A DNA stretch of 64,000 bases from Geminicoccaceae bacterium (lineage in GTDB: Bacteria > Pseudomonadota > Alphaproteobacteria > Geminicoccales > Geminicoccaceae). Position 1 is the first letter of the stretch. Every line of letters begins with the position of its first letter. Shown here in pieces: positions 63,087 through 64,000 of the stretch. A model generated the notes under the pieces. It was not told where the DNA came from. It did not search any database and saw only the letters and a program-made list of their open reading frames with translations. Where the stretch lies: assembly GCA_007694015.1 (NCBI GenBank), contig RECO01000152.1, positions 7,660-71,659 on the forward strand, written 5' to 3'. Position numbers and translations under genes: made by a program.

Positions 63087-64000
63087 TCAGGCCGTGCCCA
63101 GCGGAACCGCGAGGAACGTGCGGCGGCCGTTGCGCTCGATCTGGAGGGCAATCGAGGCGCGGCCGGCGGTTTCGGCGGCGGCGACGGCGGCGCCGACGTC
63201 GGCCGGTGTGGTGACGTTGCGGTCGCCGGCGCGGAGGATGACGTCGCCCTGGCGCATGCCGAGGGCGGCGGCTGGGCTCTCGGGCGCGACCGCGGTGACG
63301 ACGAGACCGCCCTCGTCGCGGGAGCGCAGTTCCAGCCCGAGGGCTGCCGGCTCGGCGGCCGGGGGTTGGGCGGCTGGACGGTTGGACGGGTGGTCGCCGA
63401 GCGTCACGCCCTTGGTCAGGCGTTCGCCGCTCCGTTCCAGGGTGAGCTCGGCCTCGGTGCCGGGGGGCAGGGCGGCGATGGCGAGCGCCAGGGCGCGGGT
63501 GCTGTCGATGGCATCGCCGTTGACCGCGACGACGACGTCGCCGGGCTCGAGGCCGGCGGCTTCGGCCGGGCTCTCCGGCTCGATGCTGCTGACGAGGGCA
63601 CCTTCCTCGGTGGTCGTGCCCAAGGCGGCAGCGAGGTCGCCGTCGAGCCTTTGCAGGGCGACGCCGAGCCAGCCGCGGGTGATGCCGCCGTCGTCGCGCA
63701 GCTGCGCCACGATCTCCTGCACCAGATTGGCCGGGATGGCGAAGCCGATGCCGACATTGCCGCCCGAGGGCGAGAAGATGGCGGTGTTGACGCCGACCAC
63801 CTCGCCGGCGGCGTTGACCAGGGGCCCGCCGGAATTGCCGGGGTTGATCGGGGCGTCGGTCTGGATGAAGTCGTCGAAGGCGCTGGCACCGATGGTGCGG
63901 CCACGCGCGGAGACGATGCCGGCCGTGACGGTGCCGCCGAGACCGAAGGGGTTGCCCATCGCCATCACGGGCTCGCCGACCCGCAAGGCGTCGCTGTCGC
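63087..64000 (-). CDS. DegP/HtrA-family serine endoprotease with two PDZ domains; N-terminus beyond the window end
   Basis: The frame stays open to the window edge (...[34 protein letters not shown]). Catalytic Ser motif is [15 protein letters not shown]. Two PDZ-like regions are present ([13 protein letters not shown] and [13 protein letters not shown]). Confidence 0.9.
   Translation of the reverse strand, partial: DSDALRVGEPVMAMGNPFGLGGTVTAGIVSARGRTIGASAFDDFIQTDAPINPGNSGGPLVNAAGEVVGVNTAIFSPSGGNVGIGFAIPANLVQEIVAQLRDDGGITRGWLGVALQRLDGDLAAALGTTTEEGALVSSIEPESPAEAAGLEPGDVVVAVNGDAIDSTRALALAIAALPPGTEAELTLERSGERLTKGVTLGDHPSNRPAAQPPAAEPAALGLELRSRDEGGLVVTAVAPESPAAALGMRQGDVILRAGDRNVTTPADVGAAVAAAETAGRASIALQIERNGRRTFLAVPLGTA

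Noticed and set aside
1-64000. Window-wide search for a recognisable defence or mobile system (Cas, restriction-modification, reverse transcriptase/retron, CBASS/TIR/STING-type genes, Abi, integrase, transposase, phage structural genes)
   Set aside because: None of the credible ORFs carries such motifs. The only addiction-type genes are the decayed vapBC and the orphan higA. The secreted SNase-type nuclease (13099-13545) has a signal peptide and no partner genes, so I treat it as an ordinary extracellular nuclease.

Overview
This is a clearly high-GC chromosomal segment (GC not computed) with alphaproteobacteria-type synteny: glnD-murJ-trpS, divergent gltX/comEC, and a ccmD-E-F-G-H-I block. 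I support about 58 protein-coding genes, one decayed toxin pseudogene and two genes cut by the window edges. Most are housekeeping or catabolic: c-type cytochrome maturation, PII uridylyltransferase, two aminoacyl-tRNA synthetases, class II DAHP synthase, CoA-transferases with gabD, an acid-sugar kinase/PdxA-family locus with an ABC importer, a BKACE/3-hydroxyacyl-CoA-dehydrogenase locus, two GGDEF proteins, an ECF sigma/anti-sigma pair and a PepSY-OmpR-HK module. I saw no rRNA, tRNA, CRISPR array, transposase, integrase, phage gene, reverse transcriptase, restriction enzyme or other recognisable defence system. I cannot point to a convincing new multi-gene 'system'. The most unusual content is non-coding. 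(i) A dispersed family of GC hairpins with polypyrimidine tails has at least 8 copies, and six of the tails butt against stop codons of opposite-strand genes. (ii) A roughly 235-255-nt intergenic module occurs twice. (iii) Two of the hairpin elements sit head to head as a 172-nt composite palindrome in a divergent promoter region. (iv) A 125-nt long-stem palindrome has one degenerate second copy. The coding oddities are a translationally coupled 4-gene operon of unknown role (two methyltransferases, an MBL-fold hydrolase and a lipase-like hydrolase), a decayed vapBC locus next to an orphan higA, a PDZ-protease homologue apparently lacking catalytic His and Asp, a disulfide-reductase homologue lacking both redox cysteines, and an acetyl-CoA-synthetase-like gene missing its C-terminal domain. 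Many long ORFs in the supplied track are antisense high-GC artefacts. All start codons are inferred by eye from motifs and overlaps, and no searches or computations were run.
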